The notes beneath the pieces are model-generated. The model had not been told where the DNA came from. It did not search any database and saw only the letters and a program-made list of their open reading frames with translations. DNA of 64,000 nucleotides from a virus (Duplodnaviria > Caudoviricetes): IMG/VR virus record IMGVR_UViG_3300037041_001930; one strand, written 5' to 3'. A program made the translations under genes and the position numbers. Below are positions 1 through 8,582 of this stretch, piece after piece (positions within the stretch are counted from its first letter, which is position 1; each line of letters begins with the position of its first letter).

Positions 1-130
1 ACGACAAAACGGGGTTTTATTTAGGTAACCCCCTGGCGGGGGTCTATTTACGCTTACAAGCCTTATTTTAGACCCCATAAGGGCATGGACGTTAATCCGC
101 CTGGATTAACGTGATTCCAGACCCCCTGCA

Positions 131-194
131 GGGGTATTCACCTGGAGAAGTGAATACCCTGGGTGGGGTATTCACCTGGAGAAGTGAATACCCC
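131..194. repeat. Two direct copies of a 29-30 bp palindromic unit GGGGTATTCAC-CTGGAGAA-GTGAATACCC(C)
   Basis: Copies at 131-159 and 165-194; each is a 10-11 bp perfect inverted repeat around an 8 nt loop. Confidence 0.95.
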
Positions 195-215
195 TACCCC
201 CCCCCCCCCTCGGCA

Positions 216-346
216 GGGGTGCCCAGTTCTTATGGGATACTATTTCACATCCCATAAGGGGTGCCCAGTTCTTATGGGATACTATTTCACATCCCATAAG
301 GGGTACCCAGTTCTTATGGGATACTATTTCACATCCCATAAGGGGT
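216..346. repeat. Three tandem 42 bp repeats, each with a 10 bp perfect hairpin (CTTATGGGAT-N10-ATCCCATAAG)
   Basis: Units at 216-257, 258-299 and 300-341 plus a partial GGGGT at 342-346; one substitution between copies; abuts the stop codon of the primase-like gene. Confidence 0.95.
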
Positions 347-347
347 A

Positions 348-2771
348 TTAAGTTGTTTCAATGAATATCGAGGAATAGATATTCAGGGTGCGTTCCTCGA
401 TACCCCATTCCGTGGGGGTGTTCGAGACCAGGAGGTTGGCACGTACCAATAAGCGCTCAATAAACGCCATTTCCAGCCTGGGGAGCCCAGGGGTCATGAA
501 CAACCTGGAGACCTCGGTTCGGTTAAACAGGACAACCCCCTCTTTGGTCTCGACATGGAGGCTCCCAGCGTCGACCCCACTCCAGAGGTGGGCGAGTACC
601 AGCCCACCCGAGTTATCTGGGGTCGCAAAGGTTCTACCGAGATCGGCACCGGCTTGGAGCACCGCACTGGGGTCCACTTTACGTGCCCTCAGTGCATTGG
701 CGAGGTCTCCGGCGACCCGGCTATAGAACCCCACAGGATTCGTATCAAACCCAGACTTCGATTTCTTCATGATGTCGGGCAAAAGCAGGAATATCGTGTT
801 CAGGCTCTCCACACAGGGGACATCGAAGATGTCCAGGCACGCCCAGCCCGGGTGTAACCTGAGCAGCTTGTGCTGGAGGCGATCCGCGGAGACCAAGATG
901 TTCTTGGGGCCATGGGGGCGCAGTGCGGCCTCCATGATCTCCTGGGATCCCCAGGCCACTGGCATCACAACTGGGTTCTCGGCGTGTCTGGCGATGGCGC
1001 CGGCATCGGGATTGGTGACCACGGGGACCCCGAGGACCCCCGCAGTTTTCTCGACGACGTGCTGGGCACTGTGGACCACGATGCCGACCCCGGCGAGGCC
1101 CTCACGGGTCCTCATCAGGTTACCGGTGAGCGCGACTGCCATCGTGGCGAACTCGACGTAGTCCCAGGCCGCCCATTGCTTGGAGCCCAGGTTTATCGGA
1201 GCCTTGATCTGGGGTCCGGTGAGCCTGGACTCCGTCATGATGACTCCGGAGTCGAGTACGGAGAAGTGGGGCATGCAGAGTACCCCGGAATCCCGCTGCC
1301 ACCCATAACTCGTCGCCAGGGTGGAGCGTGTCGGGGCATTGAATGCCGCCGCGATCCTGAGGAGTTCCCGTGCCCACGCGGGTCTCATGAACGGGATGTC
1401 ATTCCCACTCCTGAGTAGGATGAAGTCCTCGATCCACTTGATCGGGTTCTTGCGGAGGGCGTCGTAATCGGCATCGAGGTTCCAGGTCTTTCCCTTGAAG
1501 GTCAGGGTTCCCGAGGCCACATGGGTCTTCTTCAGGGGATCCGTGGTGATCTCCTTGATGACCAGGATCACCGAGGAGACCAAGGTGTTTCCGTGGTACC
1601 AGCCATCACTGCGTTCCGTGATAATCTTACCATCGATATCAATGGATTTCGGGGCATCATCGGTGACAAACAAGGCCTTGAGATCCCTGAGATCCTCGCC
1701 TTCAAAGTAGGTCAGGATCTGGTTCCTATGTGCTGTGGTCAGCGAGTACGAGGCCACCATCTTCTGGGCCATCTTGGTGTCCTGGCCTAGGAGGAGCTTC
1801 CCCATGGCTTCATGGGGAGGTATCGAGGCCCGGATCATCGAGTTCACGAGGCATTGTGAGGTCATCCCGGGAAGCCCGAATCCCTTGTAGAAGTCGAAAC
1901 AGGGATTTCGCTCTTTATTACTCGCCGAGTACCAGAGACACCCGGCACCCAGGATGCCCAAGGCGGAATGGTAGACTTCGGCGCGTTCGGCGAGGAGTGT
2001 GGGCACGAAGACGGGCTGGGTACCCGTGACATGGAACAGCGAAGGCGTCTCCGTGGCGATGACGAAGGGGGCCTTGATGCCACCATCGGCCCACTGCCGC
2101 ATATTGAAGCGAAAGGCCACCGAGGGATCTCGGACCACGAATGAGGTCTCGTGGTCGTCACCGACGAGGTTGGCGTACCCGATCGCCTTCCCTGGGGTGA
2201 GTCCGAGGTACGCCCATGTCGCCAGGGTCTTATCGGTGTGATTGGCGCGCTTGGGGAGAATGAGCCAGAACCCCACGATACGCCACTCCGAGTACGCCGG
2301 GATCGCGATGGCGGCATATTTGCCCCAGGTCTGCATCGCGGGTTTCGCGGTCTTCGGGATCCGGACCCCGGCGTCCTCGAGCATCTGGGAGATCATGGCG
2401 ACGTGGTAGTTGGAGCCCGCGCGTCCCGCGGGCTCGCTGAACCAACAATCATAGTCCTCACAGATCTGTCGGATATTTCCTGGGAAATCTGAGTAGTAAC
2501 TGCGGCCGGCCTTGAGGAGCCCTCGGAGGACAGCCTGCTCCGCTGATGTCGCCAGATAATCGTAGACATCATTCTTGGATTCTGGAGTCACGGCCTCCGC
2601 GATCTCCAGGGTGGAAATCGCGTCGGCAAGGCAGAGTTTGCGGACCCCGGCGAAGTAGTGGATGGCGTCACCAACGAAGCCGCAATGACTGCAGGCCAAG
2701 TAGTGGGGTCCCCTGGTGGCGAGGCTGAGGTCGGTTTGACACATCAGACATCTCACCGAAGATGCAGCCAT
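348..2771 (-). CDS. Primase-like protein: N-terminal CHC2-type zinc finger, degenerate TOPRIM region, DUF927-like C-terminal half
   Basis: CLMC...CSHCGFVGDAIHYF...LADAISTL resembles the DnaG zinc-binding domain; TERSDGWY and SYGWQ resemble DUF927. The ORF extends to 2825, but ATG 2771 avoids overlapping the divergent gene. Confidence 0.6.
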   Translation of the reverse strand: MAASSVRCLMCQTDLSLATRGPHYLACSHCGFVGDAIHYFAGVRKLCLADAISTLEIAEAVTPESKNDVYDYLATSAEQAVLRGLLKAGRSYYSDFPGNIRQICEDYDCWFSEPAGRAGSNYHVAMISQMLEDAGVRIPKTAKPAMQTWGKYAAIAIPAYSEWRIVGFWLILPKRANHTDKTLATWAYLGLTPGKAIGYANLVGDDHETSFVVRDPSVAFRFNMRQWADGGIKAPFVIATETPSLFHVTGTQPVFVPTLLAERAEVYHSALGILGAGCLWYSASNKERNPCFDFYKGFGLPGMTSQCLVNSMIRASIPPHEAMGKLLLGQDTKMAQKMVASYSLTTAHRNQILTYFEGEDLRDLKALFVTDDAPKSIDIDGKIITERSDGWYHGNTLVSSVILVIKEITTDPLKKTHVASGTLTFKGKTWNLDADYDALRKNPIKWIEDFILLRSGNDIPFMRPAWARELLRIAAAFNAPTRSTLATSYGWQRDSGVLCMPHFSVLDSGVIMTESRLTGPQIKAPINLGSKQWAAWDYVEFATMAVALTGNLMRTREGLAGVGIVVHSAQHVVEKTAGVLGVPVVTNPDAGAIARHAENPVVMPVAWGSQEIMEAALRPHGPKNILVSADRLQHKLLRLHPGWACLDIFDVPCVESLNTIFLLLPDIMKKSKSGFDTNPVGFYSRVAGDLANALRARKVDPSAVLQAGADLGRTFATPDNSGGLVLAHLWSGVDAGSLHVETKEGVVLFNRTEVSRLFMTPGLPRLEMAFIERLLVRANLLVSNTPTEWGIEERTLNIYSSIFIETT

Positions 2772-2823
2772 ACCGACACCGTGGGTGCCGAGCTGATCCA
2801 GGGTAGCCGTCAAGGAGATTCGC

Positions 2824-4551
2824 ATGTCACTTACCGATCTGCACGTGTTGCTTGGTGTAACCGGGCGTCCAAGTTACGTGAAAGCCGCCTCTGAACAAGT
2901 CGCCGAGGATGCCCCCGTGCTTCCCCAGGCCTGCGCAGATGGCATTCACGGCAGGCTACCTTGCAACTCCAAGGAAGCCACGTTCCTGAGCGCTGCTAAA
3001 GTGGCCTCGGCACGCGCCGCCGGCAAACCATATAACACGGAAACCGAACAGGGCATCATGAAGTTTGCTCGGTTCTGGCAGATCACCGACGACGTCGTCG
3101 CCGCACAGCAAAAGATCGCGGCGGCCGCGGAACCCCGGACTCTGGGCTCCAGTGACTTCGCACTCAATGAAGTCAGCCAGGGCACCGTGTTGAAGAAGTA
3201 TGCGGCCTATGATGGCGACACCACGACTCGTGCGGCTTCCGCGTTCTATGAGAACCGCCACCGGTACCCGCTGCCCTGGCGTCAAAAGACTGCCAAAGAA
3301 CTCATCGCACGTGCAACCCGATTCGGCGTCATCGGCGAGATCCCTGGCAACGTGAGTACCTACCTGCACAAAGCCGCGGGTTACGCGTTTCCTTCACAGG
3401 AAGCCATCGCGAACAGTCTGGTGTGCCGCCTCAACCGCCTCCCGGGTTCCAAGAAAGTGGCCTCGGAGAAGTTGGCTGCAGCTCTGGGTGCCATCGCGGA
3501 TGCCCCCCATCTCCGTTACAACCACGAACTTGTCCAAGACGTCCTCACCCTCACGGATCGTTTTGATCGCGAGCTCAAGTTGGCGTCGCATTACAGCGAC
3601 GACGACGTCACGCTACCTGAAGAGATGTTGGACCTGACAACCCCGATGATCAAGCACGCCGGTGAAGTCCATCGTGGGGGTGAAGTCGACCTCCAAAATG
3701 GGAGCACTGTTAATGTCCACTTCCTGACCAAGGAAGCCCTGGAGATCGTGGATCCCGAACTCGCCAAGATGTCAAAGATTAAACTCGCGGGTGTGCTGCC
3801 CACGTTGCCCCGCCCCGATGCTGACTTGCTCTGCAAGGCCGCCGGAGTCCAGAAGAAAACTGCTGGACTCATGAGCTCGATTGCTCAACGTCTCAGTCTC
3901 ACGAAATCCAAGGATCCCGTGAGCCCTGGTGCCAGTAACATTGGCAAACCCCCGACGAACGCAGAACTCGCGAAAACCGCGGGACCCCTGGATACCCCAG
4001 GCCTCCCCGCTGGGGCCACCACGGCACCGCCTCCCCCGGGCCCCGAGGCTCAACAGCCCGGACAACCCGCACAGGCACCCATGGATCCCATGCAGGCCCA
4101 GCAGGCCGCGAATGCACCTGATGATGGGCGGCAACCCCAGTTTACACAATCCAGTGGCCAGGCCGCGACGCCCAGCCAACACCAGGGATCCCCGAGCTCC
4201 ACGGGTGGTGCCCCCTTGGGTGCCACTGGCGAGAACGCCATGGACCCCAATGCGATTCAGCTCCCCGGTGGTGGGCAGGGCCTGTTTGACTCCCCTATCG
4301 AAGATCCCAGCGCTGGCCACGGCAACATCCTCGAGGACCCCTCGATGGCAACTGCGAGCCCCAGTGAAACCACGACGAGCCCCGACGCCCTGCAAGCCGG
4401 TGGTGCCGACCCCGGTGCGGGATCCTCACTTGGTCAATCCGCTGGAGCCCCTGATGCCGCGGCTCATGCGGTCATGAAAGATCAGACATCTGGTATCCCG
4501 CTACCCAAGAATGGTGGCCCCGGGACATCTGCTTATGGCCTCGGAGTCTAA
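2824..4551 (+). CDS. Hypothetical protein, 575 aa, K-x-A-rich with a Pro/Gln/Gly low-complexity tail; probable head-internal protein
   Basis: Long ORF with Shine-Dalgarno AAGGAG 6 nt upstream; 17 K-x-A motifs. Confidence 0.75.
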   Translation: MSLTDLHVLLGVTGRPSYVKAASEQVAEDAPVLPQACADGIHGRLPCNSKEATFLSAAKVASARAAGKPYNTETEQGIMKFARFWQITDDVVAAQQKIAAAAEPRTLGSSDFALNEVSQGTVLKKYAAYDGDTTTRAASAFYENRHRYPLPWRQKTAKELIARATRFGVIGEIPGNVSTYLHKAAGYAFPSQEAIANSLVCRLNRLPGSKKVASEKLAAALGAIADAPHLRYNHELVQDVLTLTDRFDRELKLASHYSDDDVTLPEEMLDLTTPMIKHAGEVHRGGEVDLQNGSTVNVHFLTKEALEIVDPELAKMSKIKLAGVLPTLPRPDADLLCKAAGVQKKTAGLMSSIAQRLSLTKSKDPVSPGASNIGKPPTNAELAKTAGPLDTPGLPAGATTAPPPPGPEAQQPGQPAQAPMDPMQAQQAANAPDDGRQPQFTQSSGQAATPSQHQGSPSSTGGAPLGATGENAMDPNAIQLPGGGQGLFDSPIEDPSAGHGNILEDPSMATASPSETTTSPDALQAGGADPGAGSSLGQSAGAPDAAAHAVMKDQTSGIPLPKNGGPGTSAYGLGV

Positions 4552-4554
4552 TCG

Positions 4555-5208
4555 ATGTCTCAAGCCGGGTTAGATTGGCGCCGCAACGCCGCCGAGTTTC
4601 TCAGCGGCGCCAGACCTGCTTTCGCGTCCACCTTGGTTGCCATTGTCTTGAAGTCCTACGGCGCCGAGGCCATGAATTGGGATCCCCTGACCCGGAGAAC
4701 CCAGATTGCACAGGACTTCGGTGTGGACCTCGGAAGGCGTGAGTACGAGTCCCTCGAGGCCCTGATCAACGCGATGACCACGGATACCGTGTATAACTCT
4801 GTTATGGTTTTCCTGCGCACCGTGGCAGCTCTAAACCGGAAAGCGTTAGACCTCGATGACACTCCAGATGCCGATGATGTCGCCTGGGCGGTCACCGAGG
4901 TCGTCATCAATGACCCCGAACCTCCCCTGGCCGCACGTGCGAAATCCCCTTGGGGGCGTGATATCGCCAGGGTTGTCGGCTATGTCCTGGATTCCGAGGG
5001 AGTCCTCGGTGAACCCCAGTGCTTGCAATTCGCGGATCGCGAACACCAGCCTCTGGCGACGGATGCCAGCAATGATGTCGCCGCATTCGAGGGCGCCATG
5101 GCATCCTCGGCGGCACACGCCGATGAACTCAACGCCGATGTCGACCGCAAGATGGCGGCTCTGACTCAGCAACTCGAGATGTTGGGAATTGAGTCCCCTA
5201 AATCCTGA
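4555..5208 (+). CDS. Hypothetical protein, 217 aa
   Basis: Starts 3 nt after the upstream stop; globular composition. Confidence 0.75.
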   Translation: MSQAGLDWRRNAAEFLSGARPAFASTLVAIVLKSYGAEAMNWDPLTRRTQIAQDFGVDLGRREYESLEALINAMTTDTVYNSVMVFLRTVAALNRKALDLDDTPDADDVAWAVTEVVINDPEPPLAARAKSPWGRDIARVVGYVLDSEGVLGEPQCLQFADREHQPLATDASNDVAAFEGAMASSAAHADELNADVDRKMAALTQQLEMLGIESPKS

Positions 5209-5222
5209 CAACGCCGCACGGG

Positions 5223-5250
5223 TTGACTGTGCGTAAACTCATTCGATACT
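5223..5250 (+). promoter_or_regulatory. Host sigma70-like promoter (TTGACT-N16-GATACT)
   Basis: -35/-10-like hexamers in an intergenic gap, followed by a strong RBS (AGAGGAG) and ATG 5272. Confidence 0.5.
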
Positions 5251-5271
5251 CCGCGCAAGAGGAGATATCAA

Positions 5272-5664
5272 ATGGCTACGAAACGTAAGAAAAATAAGGC
5301 AGCAAAACTGCCGAAATCTGTTTCCCCACTTCGAGCTGCTCAGAAACTGGCGAGCCGGGAAGCCTGTGGTGTCGCCCGCGAGGTCATGAATGGTACCAAT
5401 ATCGCACGCCCGGTTTCCATAGATATGCCCCAGATCATCGAGGAGCTTTCCCTGTGTGCAGGAGACATCGCCGCCGAAGCCATCAGGCTGAAAGCCGAAG
5501 TCATCACACGGAATTCAAGACGCAGTAAACCGAGTAAGCAGTCTACAAACCGAGCGATATCACGTGGCTTCGTAATCCTTGGAAAGCAAATAAACGGGCT
5601 CAGCAACTTCTTCAAACGTATCGAGTTGCTCGAAGACTACCGCGACATCCTTGCTAAATCCTGA
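5272..5664 (+). CDS. Small basic hypothetical protein, 130 aa
   Basis: Strong RBS; Lys/Arg-rich N-terminus; 3' end overlaps the convergent gene by 11 bp. Confidence 0.7.
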   Translation: MATKRKKNKAAKLPKSVSPLRAAQKLASREACGVAREVMNGTNIARPVSIDMPQIIEELSLCAGDIAAEAIRLKAEVITRNSRRSKPSKQSTNRAISRGFVILGKQINGLSNFFKRIELLEDYRDILAKS

Positions 5665-5950
5665 CCTGCCCTGATGTATAGGGCAGGATGATCTCGGTGA
5701 CCCCTAGCTGTTGCTTTAACCGTGGGATCTCATTGGAATACGCGGCTTGTAGGGATGCCATGATGGCGTCTTGCTGACCGTCGGAGATCCCATGCCGACT
5801 CCTCGGAGGGCAGCTCGCGCAGCCCCTGCGGACATCACGAACCGTGCGCCCCCAACGACGAATCGGGGCCAGGAAATTGTAACTGTTAAACCCTGAGTTC
5901 TCGACGAGAACATACAGGGTCTCCTTGCTCAGAATGATGGATTCGGTCAC
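5654..5950 (-). CDS. Small CxSC-motif protein, 98 aa
   Basis: GTGA overlap with the upstream gene; RRGCASCPPRSRH motif; similar to 6351-6659. Confidence 0.65.
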   Translation of the reverse strand: MTESIILSKETLYVLVENSGFNSYNFLAPIRRWGRTVRDVRRGCASCPPRSRHGISDGQQDAIMASLQAAYSNEIPRLKQQLGVTEIILPYTSGQVRI

Positions 5951-6354
5951 GAGGACACCTCGATGGTCTGGGCGTCGCTAAGAGTGTTGTCCAGCCTGGC
6001 CATCTCCTCGCTCAGTATCCTGAGTTCCTCGAGGATCTCATCCCGGATCTCGTAGGCCAGGGTCTGCGAGGCAAAGACGAGATCAAGGAGGTTCCTGCGG
6101 AAGAAGCCATCTTTGGGGGATGGGTTCTGGGAGTAGTCAACAAGATCAGCGGGGCTGCAGACCCCGGTGAACAAGGCCTCCTCTGCATTGAGCTGTTGGT
6201 ACCTGAAGATGTTGGCATCGCGATACCCAAACTTCACCGAGGCCGTAATCGCGATGCGATACCCCTGGGTGCGTGCATCGACGACCACTGAGTTCTCGCG
6301 GTACTCGAGGTTGAGGGTGTAGACCACTGGTACGGGTACGACGGGATCGGTCAT
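5947..6354 (-). CDS. Hypothetical protein, 135 aa
   Basis: True start is the ATG at 6354 (MTDPVV), which forms an ATGA overlap; the longer 5947-6768 ORF is an upstream extension over other genes. Confidence 0.75.
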   Translation of the reverse strand: MTDPVVPVPVVYTLNLEYRENSVVVDARTQGYRIAITASVKFGYRDANIFRYQQLNAEEALFTGVCSPADLVDYSQNPSPKDGFFRRNLLDLVFASQTLAYEIRDEILEELRILSEEMARLDNTLSDAQTIEVSS

Positions 6355-6659
6355 GTTAGTGCTGCCTTGGGTTGCGCCGCCGCGGTCTGCAGGACCCCGA
6401 TGACGCGTTGGAGACTGGGATTCGAGGCCACCAGGGTTCTGAGTTCCACGGCGATGGCTAGAAGGGCACGGTGCGCGGAACGCTTGGCGCAGGATGAACA
6501 CCGCGCTGTATTGATACCCTCGGCAACCTTGGTGGCCTTCGCGCGCAGTGGCGTGAGTTCTGGGGCCAGACCATCGAGCTGGGGGGAATCCAGGACGACG
6601 AGGATGGCTAAGTTGGGGTCGATGGCCTGGGTAGGCGCTGGGGTGGTCTCGGGGCTCAT
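6351..6659 (-). CDS. Small CxSC-motif protein, 102 aa
   Basis: ATGA overlap; TARCSSCAKRSAH motif. Confidence 0.7.
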   Translation of the reverse strand: MSPETTPAPTQAIDPNLAILVVLDSPQLDGLAPELTPLRAKATKVAEGINTARCSSCAKRSAHRALLAIAVELRTLVASNPSLQRVIGVLQTAAAQPKAALT

Positions 6660-7516
6660 GGGGCCTCCACGTGGTATGTCGTGATCTGAGGGGCGGGCAA
6701 TGGTGTGGGTGGTACGATGACCTGGATACGGATGCGATCACCACCGTAGATGCGGTCATCCCCAACATTCACAAATGTCATCAGCGATGCGGGGCGTGAG
6801 GATCCTAACTCGGCTCCAATAGTTCCAAGGACCCCGAGGGTGTCGACCACCAAGGGGATGTCATCATCGGTCTCGAATGCACAGCCGTCGGCGCAGCACC
6901 CCGTGGTGTCCCAGTCCCACGCGGTTTCCGTGGCGCCGCCATCGGGGCACTTCACGGTGAGGAACCCCAGTGGTGCCGTAGTCTGTATGGTGCCTCCACC
7001 ACTGAGATCGGGGAGGTTTACATTCACCTTTACACCAATGTTGCACCCTGACCCCGTGACCACATGGGAAGTGGATCCGATGAGTCCAGCACCATCCATG
7101 TATACCCCACCATTCGTGAACGTCGGGAATATGCAGGGGATGTTGAGGACATCTTTGATATTTATGCAGCAGGGATCCGTGGGGTCACAGGGCTCCATGG
7201 TCCGGTTCCAACTCGGAGTCGCCCCTGGGATCATGGATACCGAGGCCTGTGTGGACTTCAGGGTACTGCAGTGAAGCCCGATACCCGGTGGGATCGGGAA
7301 CAGTGCCCGGATCCGCATCCAGGGGTACTTGAGGTGCCCCAGTGGGGTCGTCGGCAACGCATAAGGTCGTGCCCGGATGATGTGCTGAAGCCCGGGCGGC
7401 CAGCAGGGCCTCGCCGGGATGACGACATCAATACACGTGGGGGCATGATCAACGACGGGATACGCCGGCGACGTCAGATCAGGCAACGCGATGACATTGA
7501 GGTCAGGTAGCCGCAC
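6656..7516 (-). CDS. Cys-containing putative virion/baseplate-associated protein, 286 aa
   Basis: Coupled ORF in the tail operon; beta-rich, with CDPTDPCC and GCCADGC motifs. Confidence 0.6.
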   Translation of the reverse strand: MRLPDLNVIALPDLTSPAYPVVDHAPTCIDVVIPARPCWPPGLQHIIRARPYALPTTPLGHLKYPWMRIRALFPIPPGIGLHCSTLKSTQASVSMIPGATPSWNRTMEPCDPTDPCCINIKDVLNIPCIFPTFTNGGVYMDGAGLIGSTSHVVTGSGCNIGVKVNVNLPDLSGGGTIQTTAPLGFLTVKCPDGGATETAWDWDTTGCCADGCAFETDDDIPLVVDTLGVLGTIGAELGSSRPASLMTFVNVGDDRIYGGDRIRIQVIVPPTPLPAPQITTYHVEAP

Positions 7517-8582
7517 CCTTTAGCCTTTCCGCGTTGAAGACGAGATAGAGCCGGTGATCAAACTCTGACGCCAGGACTTCTACAGCGGTACCGGCAACAA
7601 GTGTTATACTTTCACCATGAACCCCGTTAATAGACTTTACAGTGTTCACTGCCTTGGTTCCAGGGCTGCACCCCGGGACGGCATCGCATGAGAACCCGGT
7701 GCCACCGCCGAGGCGGAACTTGATTACCAGCCCACTCGGGGATTCATAGCCGAGATCGATGTTGGCGCCCTCGGTGATCTCGGCGCCTCCGACGACGGCA
7801 TCCCCGGTGACCTCGGCGTCATAACCGGTGTCCACGGGGAGGGTGTCCGTGATCACGGCGTCATGAAGGCTGATCGTGGTCACGGCCCCCGCGGCGAGTT
7901 CTGTGGTCGCCACTGCCGGTGGTACAATGGGGATATCTGCGGTGGTGTGGCCCTGGGGATCCGGGGTCACCGCAACCTGGGGAATCGGGTTCCCGGCCTG
8001 GGGATCCCCAGGCGGGTACAACCCGATTTCGACACACCCCGGGATCGTGGTTGAGGTCACCCCGGTGTACGCGATGTCATGGGCGCCCCCAGGACCCTCA
8101 GTGAAATGGGAATCTCCGAGGCATGGTGTATTCGCAACCCACATGCGGAGCGCACGTGAACTCTCGAGGAGTCGGATCGTGGAGACCACGACCTCGATAC
8201 CTGGATTCGTGGTGACCCCTGGGAGCTCAGATGCGATTCCCACGATGACGTATCCATACCCCATCTCGGGGTGTGCAACCGCACTGGGATCCACGAGAGC
8301 CACACTAACCCTCTGGAGGTCGTCGAGCCCCTGGGGAGTCGATACGAAGGCCCAGCCGGCAAGGGGGCCACTGGGGATCTCGAAACGGAAGCTGATACCA
8401 GTGGAGACCACAATACTAGCGAGAACAAGTGGTATCGGCTGCGAGTAGATCTCGGCGTCCACGGTGATCACGAATGCGGCATCGGCGAGCCAGGCGCGTT
8501 CGGCGGCCGAACGTGTGGGCGCGATGACAAAGGGGTAGTCGCGTGTCGTATTCGCGGCAAGGAATTGATTGGCTCCGATCAT
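7503..8582 (-). CDS. Baseplate/fibre-associated paralogue 5 (YPF...SINGV family), 359 aa
   Basis: N-terminal NTTRDYPF, C-terminal VKSINGV. Confidence 0.65.
   Translation of the reverse strand: MIGANQFLAANTTRDYPFVIAPTRSAAERAWLADAAFVITVDAEIYSQPIPLVLASIVVSTGISFRFEIPSGPLAGWAFVSTPQGLDDLQRVSVALVDPSAVAHPEMGYGYVIVGIASELPGVTTNPGIEVVVSTIRLLESSRALRMWVANTPCLGDSHFTEGPGGAHDIAYTGVTSTTIPGCVEIGLYPPGDPQAGNPIPQVAVTPDPQGHTTADIPIVPPAVATTELAAGAVTTISLHDAVITDTLPVDTGYDAEVTGDAVVGGAEITEGANIDLGYESPSGLVIKFRLGGGTGFSCDAVPGCSPGTKAVNTVKSINGVHGESITLVAGTAVEVLASEFDHRLYLVFNAERLKGAAT

Noticed and set aside
131-346. Palindromic repeats read as a mini-CRISPR array, and the 62 aa ORF at 163-351
   Set aside because: The 42 bp units are contiguous with no unique spacers, the other unit has only two copies 5 bp apart, and no cas genes are present; the ORF is just the 42 bp unit translated.
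2823-2826. Two divergent genes apparently sharing one CATG start
   Set aside because: Only the plus-strand ATG has an RBS; the primase-like gene more plausibly starts at 2771, so the overlap is a longest-ORF artefact.
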